A stretch of 64,000 nucleotides of DNA from an uncultured Candidatus Saccharibacteria bacterium (GCA_964410185.1 CAYPFM010000001.1:16860-80859), one strand, 5' to 3'; shown: positions 1-8,572, counted from the first letter of the stretch. Notes: generated by a model from the letters alone, not told the origin. Numbers and translations: made by a program.

Positions 1-273
1 ACCACAGTTGCGCGCACCCTCGAATACACCAATAAGGAGTTGTTGCAACAGGCACCGCAACATCTTGCTGGCGAGGCCAATATCTTTATGTACCCTGGCT
101 ACAAGTTTAAAGTCGTTGATATGTTGCTGACCAACTTCCACGCACCGCGCAGTACGGTGTTAATGCTCGCTGCTGCCTTTGCTGGCTGGGACCACCTCCA
201 ACACGCCTACAAGGTTGCTTTGGTTGAGCAGTACAACTTCCTCTCCTACGGCGACTCGATGCTAATCTACTAG
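1..273 (+). CDS. queA: S-adenosylmethionine:tRNA ribosyltransferase-isomerase QueA, C-terminal fragment (5' end outside window)
   Basis: Frame 1 is open from nt 1. The translated tail TTVARTLE...[32 protein letters not shown]...[11 protein letters not shown] matches the conserved QueA C-terminus. Confidence 0.85.
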   Translation, partial: TTVARTLEYTNKELLQQAPQHLAGEANIFMYPGYKFKVVDMLLTNFHAPRSTVLMLAAAFAGWDHLQHAYKVALVEQYNFLSYGDSMLIY

Positions 274-575
274 CTCTGGCCATCGGCCATTTTGAGCAAC
301 TCAGCGTGAACTAGATGTCGTTCACCCTGTTGGGCGACCGCCACACCAGATACAACCAGGGCGGCTCCAACCACTATCTGCAGCTTTGAGCCGGACTCCA
401 GCTGGAAGGCCGGTTCACCGTGCAAACTGGCCGCCGAGATCATCCCTGCCTCAAGATAGCTCATAACACTCCGACACAGCGGCGCAAGGCCCAACGCGAC
501 ACCGCCGATTGCTGAGGCGCCTCCGGTGATTGTTTCGATAACTCCTTTGCGGAACTCACGTTCTGGTGAAATCAT
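270..575 (-). CDS. hypothetical small Gly/Ala-rich membrane protein (101 aa)
   Basis: ORF convergent with queA (4-nt overlap). Hydrophobic G/A/V-rich segments. No recognisable family. Confidence 0.4.
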   Translation of the reverse strand: MISPEREFRKGVIETITGGASAIGGVALGLAPLCRSVMSYLEAGMISAASLHGEPAFQLESGSKLQIVVGAALVVSGVAVAQQGERHLVHAELLKMADGQS

Positions 576-663
576 CCCCTAGTTGTATACCCGCGGGCCC
601 CGCTGCGCAAGCATAAGCCATATTCGCCAACAGGGGCAGTTTGCGGTACAATAGCTCCGATGT

Positions 664-739
664 CGGGGTGTGGCGCAGTTGGTAGCGCGTACGGCTGGGG
701 GCCGTGAGGTCGCAGGTTCAAGTCCTGTCACCCCGACCA
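664..739 (+). tRNA. tRNA-Pro (anticodon GGG), CCA encoded
   Basis: Hand-folded cloverleaf. Acceptor CGGGGTG/CACCCCG, D arm GCGC-AGTTGGTA-GCGC, anticodon arm TACGG-CTGGGGG-CCGTG, T arm GCAGG-TTCAAGT-CCTGT, discriminator A, then CCA. Confidence 0.9.
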
Positions 740-918
740 AAGAAAAGCGATTCTCTTCTGAGGGTCGCTTTTCTTTGACCGGAGACAAGCTTGGTTCTGC
801 GACTCGGCTGCTTTAGCAGACGAAAGTCGCAGGGTCGCAGAGCGAAAACACGCGCAGAAGCTTGCTTCGAGCATGATTGAGCGACGGAGGCTTTAGCCGA
901 TATTCCTGTCACCCATCA
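740..918 (+). repeat. tRNA-trailer 'echo' module, Pro copy: hairpin plus conserved core plus degenerate copy of the tRNA-Pro 3' end
   Basis: 12-bp hairpin AAAGAAAAGCGA...TCGCTTTTCTTT at 741-779. Core CACGCGCAGAAGCTTGCTTCGAGCATG at 849-875 is shared with the Thr copy. It ends TCCTGTCACCCATCA (904-918), compared with the tRNA 3' end TCCTGTCACCCCGACCA. Confidence 0.6.
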
Positions 919-980
919 TTACCGCAATTAACAGATTGAATCAGGTTGACTTTTCATCACGTTTATGCTAATATAAACTA

Positions 981-1841
981 ATGAATCAGCGCCTCGCTTC
1001 TGAAATGCATAATGCCTCTTTTAACATACGGGCTTTAGGCGATGGTCAGTCCCATATTACCTTTATTGACCCATTTACAAATGAACAATTCTCACCCGAT
1101 AGAGTACCAACTTCTATTGAAACTCAGCCACATTTAAGGGAGGGCTTGGACTACCTGCGTAGCAGAAGTGCTGACATGGAGCTCTTCGTATACGGTGCCC
1201 CTCACGGTGATGGTGCGGTACATGACATGCAAGAACTAATAGACACCTTCCAGTCGCATGACGCAATTTTCCTTGAAGGGATGGGACATGATGCGCAACA
1301 GCGGGACGCCATATGGGACATTTCGGCGGGCAATAAGCAAACTCTTACAGATGACGAGGCAGAACAGTTTAATCCCTATGCTCAACGTAAGTTCGCTGCT
1401 CTGTTACGACAAAATAAACCAGTATTCTTCGCTGATGTGCCGGGTGACGGTGGTAACTTTGAGCAATCTTTTTTGGAGTGGGACAACATGCTCTCTACCC
1501 TCAAAAAGATGATTGATGGAGGTCGGGGAGACCCAAAAAACCTCAACCTAGCAATGGGCATAAACCTCACCGCCACTACAATTCTTCGAGAGTGGTACAT
1601 GCTGGCTTCTATGGGTCGTGAGCTAAAACGACTAGATGATGCAGGCTACAAGAGCAATAATCCCATGTTCCTCGTAGGCACAGTTCACGCCGAAACACTA
1701 CCTGCTAAAGCAAGCGTGTTAGGCGTCAACACTTCCGTTAATCTCCCTCGTATGCACGAAAATGGTGAAAGACGGCCCCTAGCCATACCCTTTAACTTCG
1801 TGCGAGCGGTTGGCTCATGCGCTGTTAAAACCGAATTTTAA
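981..1841 (+). CDS. hypothetical protein (286 aa); weak TraB/GumN/Tiki-like motifs only
   Basis: Long ORF followed by an intrinsic terminator. Motifs DAIFLEGMGHD and MFLVGTVHAE faintly resemble the TraB/GumN/Tiki superfamily. Visibly more A/T-rich than its neighbours (not computed). Confidence 0.7.
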   Translation: MNQRLASEMHNASFNIRALGDGQSHITFIDPFTNEQFSPDRVPTSIETQPHLREGLDYLRSRSADMELFVYGAPHGDGAVHDMQELIDTFQSHDAIFLEGMGHDAQQRDAIWDISAGNKQTLTDDEAEQFNPYAQRKFAALLRQNKPVFFADVPGDGGNFEQSFLEWDNMLSTLKKMIDGGRGDPKNLNLAMGINLTATTILREWYMLASMGRELKRLDDAGYKSNNPMFLVGTVHAETLPAKASVLGVNTSVNLPRMHENGERRPLAIPFNFVRAVGSCAVKTEF

Positions 1842-1861
1842 ACTACTTATATGGAACCAAA

Positions 1862-1890
1862 AACCCGGCACTTTCGTGTCCGGGTCTTTT
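1862..1890 (+). terminator. intrinsic terminator after the 286-aa ORF
   Basis: ACCCGGCAC-TTTC-GTGTCCGGGT stem-loop followed by CTTTTGT. Confidence 0.6.
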
Positions 1891-2062
1891 GTATAAGTTT
1901 TAGCTGGAGCCAACTTGATCACCTGCGTATAACGCAAGTGGGTGTCCTCATATGTTGATCCCCGACCAACATGGATATTGGACTCCCGATGATTAGATAT
2001 CAGATAATCATTGGGTTGGCTTCTTCCAGCGTACCTTTAGTATAAAGCTTGAGCTGGCTGGC

Positions 2063-2686
2063 CTACAAGAGCCGAGTTATAATTGCCTGGTTCATATTGG
2101 TAATAACCGGCCCGATAAATGGCATCAGCACGACCAAGATGATGATGACCGCCACGATTCCCATCTGTTCAAACCGAGCCATTACCTCTTGGACTGGCTC
2201 CGGAACCAAGGCGTAGATGAGCCGCGAACCATCCAACGGCGGAATCGGCAGCATATTAAACACAAAGAAGCCGACGTTCACCTGCACAAACACCACCAAG
2301 AAGTTGGTGAGCCACGCCGCCGAGCCAAGTGTTAGATGCGCCAAGCCGGCGCCAATCACAGCCAAAAACAGATTGGTGAATGGGCCGGCAAGACCAATTA
2401 AGGCGGCTCCAAACTCCGCGTATTTAACGCGCGATGGGTTAAATGGCACTGGTTTGGCAGCAAAAATCGGTGGTGCACCGACAATAATCAAGATGAGCGG
2501 CAACAGCACAGTTGTCAGCGCGTCGATGTGCTTTAAGGGGTTGAGCGTCAACCGGCCGGCCTCCTGAGCAGTACTATCGCCTAACCAGTGGGCCACAAAC
2601 CCGTGCATGGCCTCGTGTATTCCCATCGAGATAATAATCACCACAAAAATGAGCGCTAGGTTGGCGATGTTGAGGTCGGATGTCAT
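2063..2686 (-). CDS. site-2 protease family (M50) membrane metallopeptidase
   Basis: Multi-TM protein with HEAMHGFVAHWLGD (HExxH) in the first TM region. The architecture is typical of short M50 peptidases. Confidence 0.8.
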   Translation of the reverse strand: MTSDLNIANLALIFVVIIISMGIHEAMHGFVAHWLGDSTAQEAGRLTLNPLKHIDALTTVLLPLILIIVGAPPIFAAKPVPFNPSRVKYAEFGAALIGLAGPFTNLFLAVIGAGLAHLTLGSAAWLTNFLVVFVQVNVGFFVFNMLPIPPLDGSRLIYALVPEPVQEVMARFEQMGIVAVIIILVVLMPFIGPVITNMNQAIITRLL

Positions 2687-2762
2687 ATCTGTCTAGTATA
2701 GCATCCCGCTCATCTTGTTTAAGGGTTGACGTAACAGAGAAAGAACGGTACAATGTACCCCT

Positions 2763-2996
2763 ATGCAGAAATGTGATTTAACCGGTAAAGGCAAACAGTA
2801 TGGCAGCAATGTCAGCTTTTCGCAGCGCCACACCAAAAAGGTCTGGAAGCCCAACTTACAGAGTAAGACCCTGCTTGTTGATGGCAAAAAAGTGAAGATG
2901 AAGCTTAGCACCCAAGCCATTCGCACCCTCAAGAAGAAAAACCTTCTGATTACCCCTGCCAGTGTCGCCGCTGAAGCAGCCAAAGCTGCCAAATAA
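2763..2996 (+). CDS. rpmB: 50S ribosomal protein L28
   Basis: MQKCDLTGKGKQYGSNVSFSQRHTKKVWKPNLQ... is the canonical L28 N-terminus. A terminator follows. Confidence 0.9.
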   Translation: MQKCDLTGKGKQYGSNVSFSQRHTKKVWKPNLQSKTLLVDGKKVKMKLSTQAIRTLKKKNLLITPASVAAEAAKAAK

Positions 2997-3013
2997 CCTC
3001 TCTCGTACAAAAC

Positions 3014-3042
3014 AAAAGACCTCCACCACGGAGGTCTTTTTT
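3014..3042 (+). terminator. intrinsic terminator after rpmB
   Basis: GACCTCC-ACCAC-GGAGGTC followed by TTTTTT. Confidence 0.75.
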
Positions 3043-3058
3043 AGTTCGGCTGACTGGG

Positions 3059-3087
3059 CTGCACACCCTTGAGGCCGAAGCCGCAGG
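3059..3087. repeat. solo copy of the 'CTGCA.ACCCTTGAGG.CGAAGCCGCA' arm motif
   Basis: CTGCACACCCTTGAGGCCGAAGCCGCAGG closely matches the right arm of the 28376-28561 inverted repeat (CTGCAGACCCTTGAGGTCGAAGCCGCAAG). Confidence 0.6.
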
Positions 3088-3104
3088 AATTGGGCGTGTC
3101 TGAC

Positions 3105-3731
3105 CTAGCTTCGGCTAAGCACAACCAGCTGCATCGTCTCAGTCAAATCAGATGACTTCAACTTGAGCTTATCAACGGTTTCGCGTGGCTCCATTGCCAA
3201 AGTCTTCAGGGCTTCTTCTAAGCTGGTCTGTGGTACTGGGTAGTTCACCTTGCTGTCAGCGTAGTGTGTTGGGATGACCAGCTTTGGTTCAATCTTTTTA
3301 ATAAGCTTGAGGGCGCCAACTGGATCGAGCGTGTAGCCACTGCCACCAACTGGGATGAAGAGGACGTCGACCATACCGATGGCTTCGAGCTGTTCTTCGC
3401 TCAGTTCGGGGTAAACATGCCCCAAGACGACTACTTTGAGGTCGTCCATGATCATGCGGTAGATGACCGCTGAACGCTCACCTTCTTCTTCCATGTGGCC
3501 ACGGGTAGCAACACCACGGATGGAGACGTTAGAAACTTCGTATTCACCAGGGTAGTCGATGACCAACTTGACGTCTTTTTTGGGCTCGGTGTGGATACCA
3601 GTAAATAGGGCGATTTCGGCTGGCTTGGTAACGGCTGTCAGGCCAAGGTCTGCGAGGTTGTCGTCAAAGATGAGGCTGGCCTTCTTGTTGCTCAAGCGAA
3701 TGCAGTTAGCGCCGTAGTATTGAATGTCCAT
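3105..3731 (-). CDS. MBL-fold metallo-hydrolase (UPF0173/UlaG-like)
   Basis: MDIQYYGANCIRL... start with AGGAG upstream. The ...VLFIPVGGSGYTL...VIPTHY pattern is typical of small MBL-fold hydrolases. The ORF-track start at 3770 was rejected in favour of M14. Confidence 0.7.
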   Translation of the reverse strand: MDIQYYGANCIRLSNKKASLIFDDNLADLGLTAVTKPAEIALFTGIHTEPKKDVKLVIDYPGEYEVSNVSIRGVATRGHMEEEGERSAVIYRMIMDDLKVVVLGHVYPELSEEQLEAIGMVDVLFIPVGGSGYTLDPVGALKLIKKIEPKLVIPTHYADSKVNYPVPQTSLEEALKTLAMEPRETVDKLKLKSSDLTETMQLVVLSRS

Positions 3732-3738
3732 GGTACTC

Positions 3739-4380
3739 CTATTTGTTATCGACGGCCGCGAGGCTATCATTTTTATCGATTAATACTTGTTTCTTGGCCG
3801 CTTTGACGGTTACCAGGAAGCGGTCGTTGACTTCGTTCCGGTAGGCGTACTCGTCAGCGGTCATGTGCACGTAACGGATCTCTTTGCCCTCTTTGACTTC
3901 CAGCTCCTCAACATACTTGGTGAGCTTGGTGTGGTTGACGTCGCCAACAATCAAAAAGTCGATGCCGCTGGTTTCATCCCGGGTAAATTGACCGGTAAAT
4001 AGGGCCACCTCAACGTTGCCCAGCGCCTTAATGGCCTTGAGCTCGGAGCTGTCTTTCGTAACTGCCACAACCGGCGCTTCTTTCCCGTCTTTGCTGACCA
4101 CTTTGGCGGTCTTAGCGGTCATAACTCCACCACCGAAGATGGCGGCCAGGGCTTCGTAATACTCATATTTTTGGTTGACTTCGTAGTAGAGGCGATTGGC
4201 ATTGTCGTCGGAAGAGATGATGCCAATACTGAGCAAATTTGCGAGTTCACGACGTACAGAGTTAATTTGTTCGTCTATTTTGCGCGTGATTTCACGCACA
4301 TAAAACGAACGGTTGGGGTTGCTGTAGAACAGTTGTAACAGCTTAACCCGTGTCTTACTCCCAAATAATTGTTCAATCAC
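3739..4380 (-). CDS. winged-helix (ArsR-like) transcriptional regulator with uncharacterised C-terminal domain
   Basis: The N-terminus FGSKTRVKLLQLFYSNPNRSFYVREITRKIDEQINSVRRELANL is a wHTH signature. There is a 4-nt overlap with the miaA stop. Confidence 0.65.
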   Translation of the reverse strand: MIEQLFGSKTRVKLLQLFYSNPNRSFYVREITRKIDEQINSVRRELANLLSIGIISSDDNANRLYYEVNQKYEYYEALAAIFGGGVMTAKTAKVVSKDGKEAPVVAVTKDSSELKAIKALGNVEVALFTGQFTRDETSGIDFLIVGDVNHTKLTKYVEELEVKEGKEIRYVHMTADEYAYRNEVNDRFLVTVKAAKKQVLIDKNDSLAAVDNK

Positions 4381-5234
4381 CCCTCTATTGTAGCAGATGG
4401 TTGTTCAACAGGTGAATCCCAGTGGATATTTTTGTTTCGTTTGAACCATGTTCGCTGTCGGCGGGCATATTGCCAGGTATTTTTGATGATCAATTCTTTC
4501 GTTTTAATTAAATCTTCAGAATTGCGCGGGCCCTCAAAGTAGGCCTGCCATTCACGATAACCAATCCCCTTCATGGCCTCGGCTTCCCAGCCATATTGGG
4601 CCGCCAAAGCTTCGACTTCGGCCTCCAAACCTTGCGCCACCATAGCCTCTACCCGAGCGGCAATACGAGCTTTTAGAACGTCAGTTGGACAGTCCACGCC
4701 CAGTAGCAAGGTAGCCGGCCGGAGGGTCTGGTTCTGAGCAACTTGGCCATTAGTTTCGAGGATACGGATGAGGTGCCGCGGGTTCTGTTTGTTTTCTGGC
4801 AGTTCGAGGCCCAGTGCCAGGATACGCTCCTGCAGCTCAGCGACTGTTAGTTTTTCAAGCTGCTGGCGCAACGCGGGATTGGTGGACCGAAAGCTATAGT
4901 TGTAGATGACTGAATCGACATACAAGCCGGTGCCACCGACCATAATGGGCAACTTGCCACGCTCGTGAATGTCGGTAATGGCTTGGTTGGCTCGCTGCTG
5001 GAATTGGGCCGCTGTAAAGGTTTGGTCGGGAGTTACGATATCAAGCAAGTGATGTGGCACCAAGGCCTGCTCGACGGCAGTCGGCTTGGCAGTACCAATA
5101 TCCATGCCCTTATAGATGGTACGAGAGTCGGCGCAGATGATTTCGCCGCCATGCTCCTGGGCCAATTGCAGGGCGATACCACTCTTGCCACTGGCAGTTG
5201 GACCGACGATAATGACTAGTTTTTCGGCTGCCAT
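4377..5234 (-). CDS. miaA: tRNA dimethylallyltransferase
   Basis: P-loop GPTASGKS, then ICADSRTIYKGMDIGTAKP and the conserved MiaA core. Confidence 0.9.
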   Translation of the reverse strand: MAAEKLVIIVGPTASGKSGIALQLAQEHGGEIICADSRTIYKGMDIGTAKPTAVEQALVPHHLLDIVTPDQTFTAAQFQQRANQAITDIHERGKLPIMVGGTGLYVDSVIYNYSFRSTNPALRQQLEKLTVAELQERILALGLELPENKQNPRHLIRILETNGQVAQNQTLRPATLLLGVDCPTDVLKARIAARVEAMVAQGLEAEVEALAAQYGWEAEAMKGIGYREWQAYFEGPRNSEDLIKTKELIIKNTWQYARRQRTWFKRNKNIHWDSPVEQPSATIEG

Positions 5235-5530
5235 AGGTACTGCTCCAGCTTAATGTGGCCATTGGTAAAGACCACCCCTTCCTGTTCCAGGTTTTGCTGA
5301 TGGCCCCGGACACCACCCGGATAGCCAGCCGCCATCCCACCCTGCTTGTTAACCACCCGTTGCCATGGCAAGGACTGATCGGCGTTGTGGGCAATCCCAC
5401 CCACGATTCGGGCTGCTCGCGGGCTGCCACAGAGCGCCGCAATTTGGCCGTAGGTCATTACGCGACCTCTGGGAATTTGCGCCACTACCGCCAGCACACG
5501 ATCGCGAAACCCCTGGTCAGGTTTGACCAT
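5216..5530 (-). CDS. MGMT/ATL-family DNA-binding protein (methylated-DNA-protein-cysteine methyltransferase C-terminal-like)
   Basis: FRDRVLAVVAQIPRGRVMTYGQIAALCGSPRAARIVG is the MGMT DNA-binding helix-turn-helix region. The start was moved to M30 (MVKPDQG) to limit overlap with the upstream gene. Confidence 0.7.
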   Translation of the reverse strand: MVKPDQGFRDRVLAVVAQIPRGRVMTYGQIAALCGSPRAARIVGGIAHNADQSLPWQRVVNKQGGMAAGYPGGVRGHQQNLEQEGVVFTNGHIKLEQYLWQPKN

Positions 5531-6128
5531 TAAAGTACTCCAGAACGGCCGGCCAGTCCTTAACGCGAGTAATGCTGGCGGGGATTTTTTGGTGATTATT
5601 CCAGCCGTAGTCACCAAAAAGTAGGCATTTCACGCCTGTTGCGTCGGCGGGCAGGCAATGTTCAAGACTGTCATCAATCAGGTACTGGGCACCGATTTCC
5701 TTGGCAATAACGGTCTTGTGAACTGAGGTGCCATCCTCCTCTACCCGTTCAAAATGAACTTGCTGAAAGAGATCAGGAAAATGCTGGTCGAGCCAGGCGT
5801 GAGTTTCATCGGCATACTTTTGGCTACGCGCGGTGATAACGACCAACTCGAAGCGTTTTTGCAGCTGTTTTAAGGCGTCAACTGCCCCCTCAACAACCGT
5901 GAACCGACGCCGTGAACCAGCCGCCACAAAGGCGTCGTAGCATTCCTGGCCGCGTTGGTGGCCAACCTTCCAGACGGCATCTTCCCAATACAGCGTGTAA
6001 TGGCCCGGTGCGTTGTAGTCCTCCCAGGTATGATTAAAACCAAAATGATTGTTGGCAAAGTGCATCATGGCCAGGTTGGTGGCCGACAAGACATCGTCTA
6101 CATCAATCGCGATAATCGGCTTTTTCAT
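5517..6128 (-). CDS. HAD-superfamily 5'(3')-deoxyribonucleotidase-like hydrolase
   Basis: N-terminal IAIDVDDVLS (DxDxV/T nucleophile motif). Size and layout match NT5C-type HAD phosphatases. Confidence 0.65.
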   Translation of the reverse strand: MKKPIIAIDVDDVLSATNLAMMHFANNHFGFNHTWEDYNAPGHYTLYWEDAVWKVGHQRGQECYDAFVAAGSRRRFTVVEGAVDALKQLQKRFELVVITARSQKYADETHAWLDQHFPDLFQQVHFERVEEDGTSVHKTVIAKEIGAQYLIDDSLEHCLPADATGVKCLLFGDYGWNNHQKIPASITRVKDWPAVLEYFNGQT

Positions 6129-6132
6129 GGGG

Positions 6133-8010
6133 CTACCCGTTATGGCTGGCCTTTATGCCCTGCAGCGAGGTATGCGTGACGCGCCCTTTGGCCTCGTGCG
6201 CCACTGTTTTTAAGAATTCGCTCAGACCAACGGCTTCAGGATTGGTACCAACTTCCATATCCTTGCGGATACGTGGCGTGACCATGCCGGACTCCATCTC
6301 TTTGCCGCCAATAACAATGGTGTACGGCACCTTCATCATCTCGGCCGCCCGGATCTTCTTGCCAACCGATTCGCTGGCATTGTCGACGCTGGCGCGCAGG
6401 CCCAGCTCCTTAGCTTCGGCCAGTAGCTTATTGGCAAACTCAACAGTCTCGTCTTCTTGGTTCAAAGTCGCGATTCTGATCTGTTCGGGAGCCAACCAAA
6501 CCGGGAATTTACCGGCAGTATGCTCGATAAGCAGCATGATGAAGCGTTCGAATGAACCGAGGATGGCGCGGTGGATCATAACCGGCGTCTTGTCGGAGCC
6601 GTCAGTGTCAGTGTAGGTCAACTCAAAACGTTTTGGCATGGCAAAGTCGAGCTGAATGGTTGCCAACTGGGTTTCACGACCCAGGGCATCCTCGAACATG
6701 AAGTCCAGCTTGGGTCCGTAGATAGCTGCCTCGCCTTCCATGCGCTTGGCGTCCAGGTTAAACTTGTCCGAAACAGCCTTAAGCATGGCTTCGGCCTCGT
6801 CCCAGTCGGTTGGTTCACCGATGTAATTAGCGGCGTTTTGAGGGTCTCGCACCGATAGCGACACCCAGTGCTTGCCCCAGAGGCCAAGCTTCTCGTAGAA
6901 CTCCTGAATAATCTGGGCAATCATCGAAGCTTCTTCTTCAATCTGGTCTACCCGGCAGAAGGTGTGGCCATCGTCGACGGTAAAGCCGCGAGTACGCTGC
7001 AGGCCACCGATCTGGCCCGGTTTTTCGTCTCGATACTGCATGGTTTGTTCAACATAACGGAGTGGCAGATCACGATAACTGCGTGGGCGACCAGCATAAA
7101 TCTGGGTGTGGTGCGGGCAGTTAACCGGCTTTAGTACGAATTCTTGGTCGTAATGGCTCTTTACTCGGAATAGTTCCTCTTCGAACTTGTCGGCATGTCC
7201 GGAGATTTTATAGAGGTCAATCTTGGCTAAGTGCGGGATTGACACCTGTAACATGTCATATTGCTGGCTCATCTCCCTAAGGGCTTTCTTGAGCTCTTCG
7301 ATAATGACGGTGCCACGAGGTGTATAGAGCGGCAATCCAGCACCCACCAGGTCAGAGAAAGTAAACAAGTCGAGTTCCTGGCCCAGCTTGCGGTGATCGC
7401 GCGCCTTGGCCTCTTCTTGTTGCTGAAGATAGATACGTAAGTCTTTCTCGTTGGCGAAGGCTACACCATACACCCGTTGCATCTGTGGGTTCCCTTCTTT
7501 ACCACGCCAGTAGGCGCCTCCGACGCGCTGCAGCTGAAAGGCCCCAACCTTGCCGGTGGATTCCACGTGAGGACCACGACAGAGGTCAGTAAAGTCGCCA
7601 TTGGTGTAGAAGCTGACATTCTCTACCTTGCTGTCACCGTCTGTAATCGTACCCAGCTCGTCAGCATCCAGGTCTTTGGCTACAGTGGTGCCGGCTCGCT
7701 TAAGGTCGTTCAACAGCTCCTCCTTGTATGGCTGGCGGTGAGCCTTGGCCCAGGTGATAGCTTCATCAACTGGCTTTTCGGACTTTTCAAACGGCTGGTC
7801 GGCCTTAATGATGGCCTTCATCTCGGCTGAGAGGCGGTCAAAGTCTTCTTCGGACAGCTTTTGGTCGCCCAGATCGATGTCGTAGTAAAAGCCGTCTTTG
7901 ACGACCGGTCCAACACCGAATTTAGCCTCGGGCCAGAGGTGCTGGATGGCGTTTGCCATAATGTGGGCCAGCGAGTGGCGCATTGGATGTAGTTTGTCTT
8001 GGTCAGCCAT
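6133..8010 (-). CDS. thrS: threonine--tRNA ligase (no N-terminal TGS domain)
   Basis: HSLAHIMANAIQHLWP (editing domain), HRKLGQELDLF, and the class II core and anticodon-binding region are recognisable. The protein starts directly at the editing domain. Confidence 0.92.
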   Translation of the reverse strand: MADQDKLHPMRHSLAHIMANAIQHLWPEAKFGVGPVVKDGFYYDIDLGDQKLSEEDFDRLSAEMKAIIKADQPFEKSEKPVDEAITWAKAHRQPYKEELLNDLKRAGTTVAKDLDADELGTITDGDSKVENVSFYTNGDFTDLCRGPHVESTGKVGAFQLQRVGGAYWRGKEGNPQMQRVYGVAFANEKDLRIYLQQQEEAKARDHRKLGQELDLFTFSDLVGAGLPLYTPRGTVIIEELKKALREMSQQYDMLQVSIPHLAKIDLYKISGHADKFEEELFRVKSHYDQEFVLKPVNCPHHTQIYAGRPRSYRDLPLRYVEQTMQYRDEKPGQIGGLQRTRGFTVDDGHTFCRVDQIEEEASMIAQIIQEFYEKLGLWGKHWVSLSVRDPQNAANYIGEPTDWDEAEAMLKAVSDKFNLDAKRMEGEAAIYGPKLDFMFEDALGRETQLATIQLDFAMPKRFELTYTDTDGSDKTPVMIHRAILGSFERFIMLLIEHTAGKFPVWLAPEQIRIATLNQEDETVEFANKLLAEAKELGLRASVDNASESVGKKIRAAEMMKVPYTIVIGGKEMESGMVTPRIRKDMEVGTNPEAVGLSEFLKTVAHEAKGRVTHTSLQGIKASHNG

Positions 8011-8182
8011 GGTGTTTCTCCTTTAAAATAATAAAACGCGTCATCACATAGTTGCGATTTCGCGTCTTGGACCCCGTTATAGGGTGGTTCCACCTCGACT
8101 TATACTCTTGTAGCCTGCATTATCGTATGTCCGCTACCGTGCCCACGAGACTCCGCGGTTGGTGAGGCCGCCTCTTCATCTG
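8011..8182 (-). promoter_or_regulatory. thrS 5' leader: candidate T-box-like / terminator-attenuator
   Basis: On the minus strand there is a hairpin GGCGG-CCUCACCAA-CCGC (8151-8174) presenting ACC (a Thr codon) followed by A. There is also a GAGGUGGAACCACCC motif (8082-8096) resembling the T-box GGUGGNACC. A stem AAGACGCG...CGCGUUUU plus U-run (8024-8068) lies directly before the AAAGGAG SD. Not validated by folding. Confidence 0.3.
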
Positions 8183-8188
8183 TTAATT

Positions 8189-8217
8189 AGTATAGCCTCT
8201 TTCGATAACAGAGACAA
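8189..8217 (-). promoter_or_regulatory. putative sigma-70-type promoter for thrS leader
   Basis: Minus strand TTGTCT, 17 nt, TATACT. Confidence 0.4.
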
Positions 8218-8253
8218 ATAAAAACGAGTGATCTCGCATGTCACTCGTTTTTT
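8217..8253. terminator. bidirectional intrinsic terminator hairpin
   Basis: CGAGTGA-TCTCGCATG-TCACTCG flanked by an A-run (8217-8224) and a T-run (8248-8253). Confidence 0.6.
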
Positions 8254-8489
8254 GTTGAATTTTGCGTGGATAACCTGTTTAGGGTCATCATTGTGCGTTC
8301 CAAAGCACCCGGCAAAGCTCACCTCATCAATGAGTATACAGTAGTAGTATTATATGGCTAGTACTATCTTGTCGTCTTTTTTACACTGCGAATGGGGATA
8401 ACTAATATACCTCGTGTGGTATAAATCTGTGTATTCCCTTTTAGGGCGTAGTTTGCTATGCTGGTATCTGTTAACAGCAGCCCAAACCA

Positions 8490-8566
8490 GGGCGATTAGC
8501 TCATTTGGCTAGAGCGCCGCATTGACGTTGCGGAGGTGACAGGTTCGAATCCTGTATCGCCCACCA
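8490..8566 (+). tRNA. tRNA-Val (anticodon GAC), CCA encoded
   Basis: Acceptor GGGCGAT/ATCGCCC, anticodon arm CCGCA-TTGACGT-TGCGG, T arm ACAGG-TTCGAAT-CCTGT, discriminator A, then CCA. Confidence 0.9.
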
Positions 8567-8572
8567 ATAAAA

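Noticed and set aside
579-912. ORFs 579-788(-) and 718-912(-).
   Set aside because: They overlap tRNA-Pro and its trailer module on the opposite strand and have arginine/cysteine-rich nonsense composition.
8082-8096. The plus-strand reading AGGGTGGTTCCACCTCG looks even more like the T-box consensus AGGGTGGTACCGCG.
   Set aside because: There is no plus-strand coding gene downstream, only tRNA-Val 400 nt away, and a bidirectional terminator intervenes. Only the minus-strand reading, upstream of thrS, is biologically sensible. The motif is a near-palindrome, which explains the two-strand resemblance.
8255-8489. DnaA-box-like 9-mers (cGTGGATAA at about 8266, TGgGGATAA at about 8402, TGTGGtATA at about 8427) in an A/T-rich gap. 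Possible oriC.
   Set aside because: Each is only an 8/9 or 7/9 match. About 14 such 8/9 matches are expected by chance in 64 kb on both strands. No dnaA or dnaN gene is nearby and there is no clear DUE repeat structure. The region more likely holds the tRNA-Val promoter.
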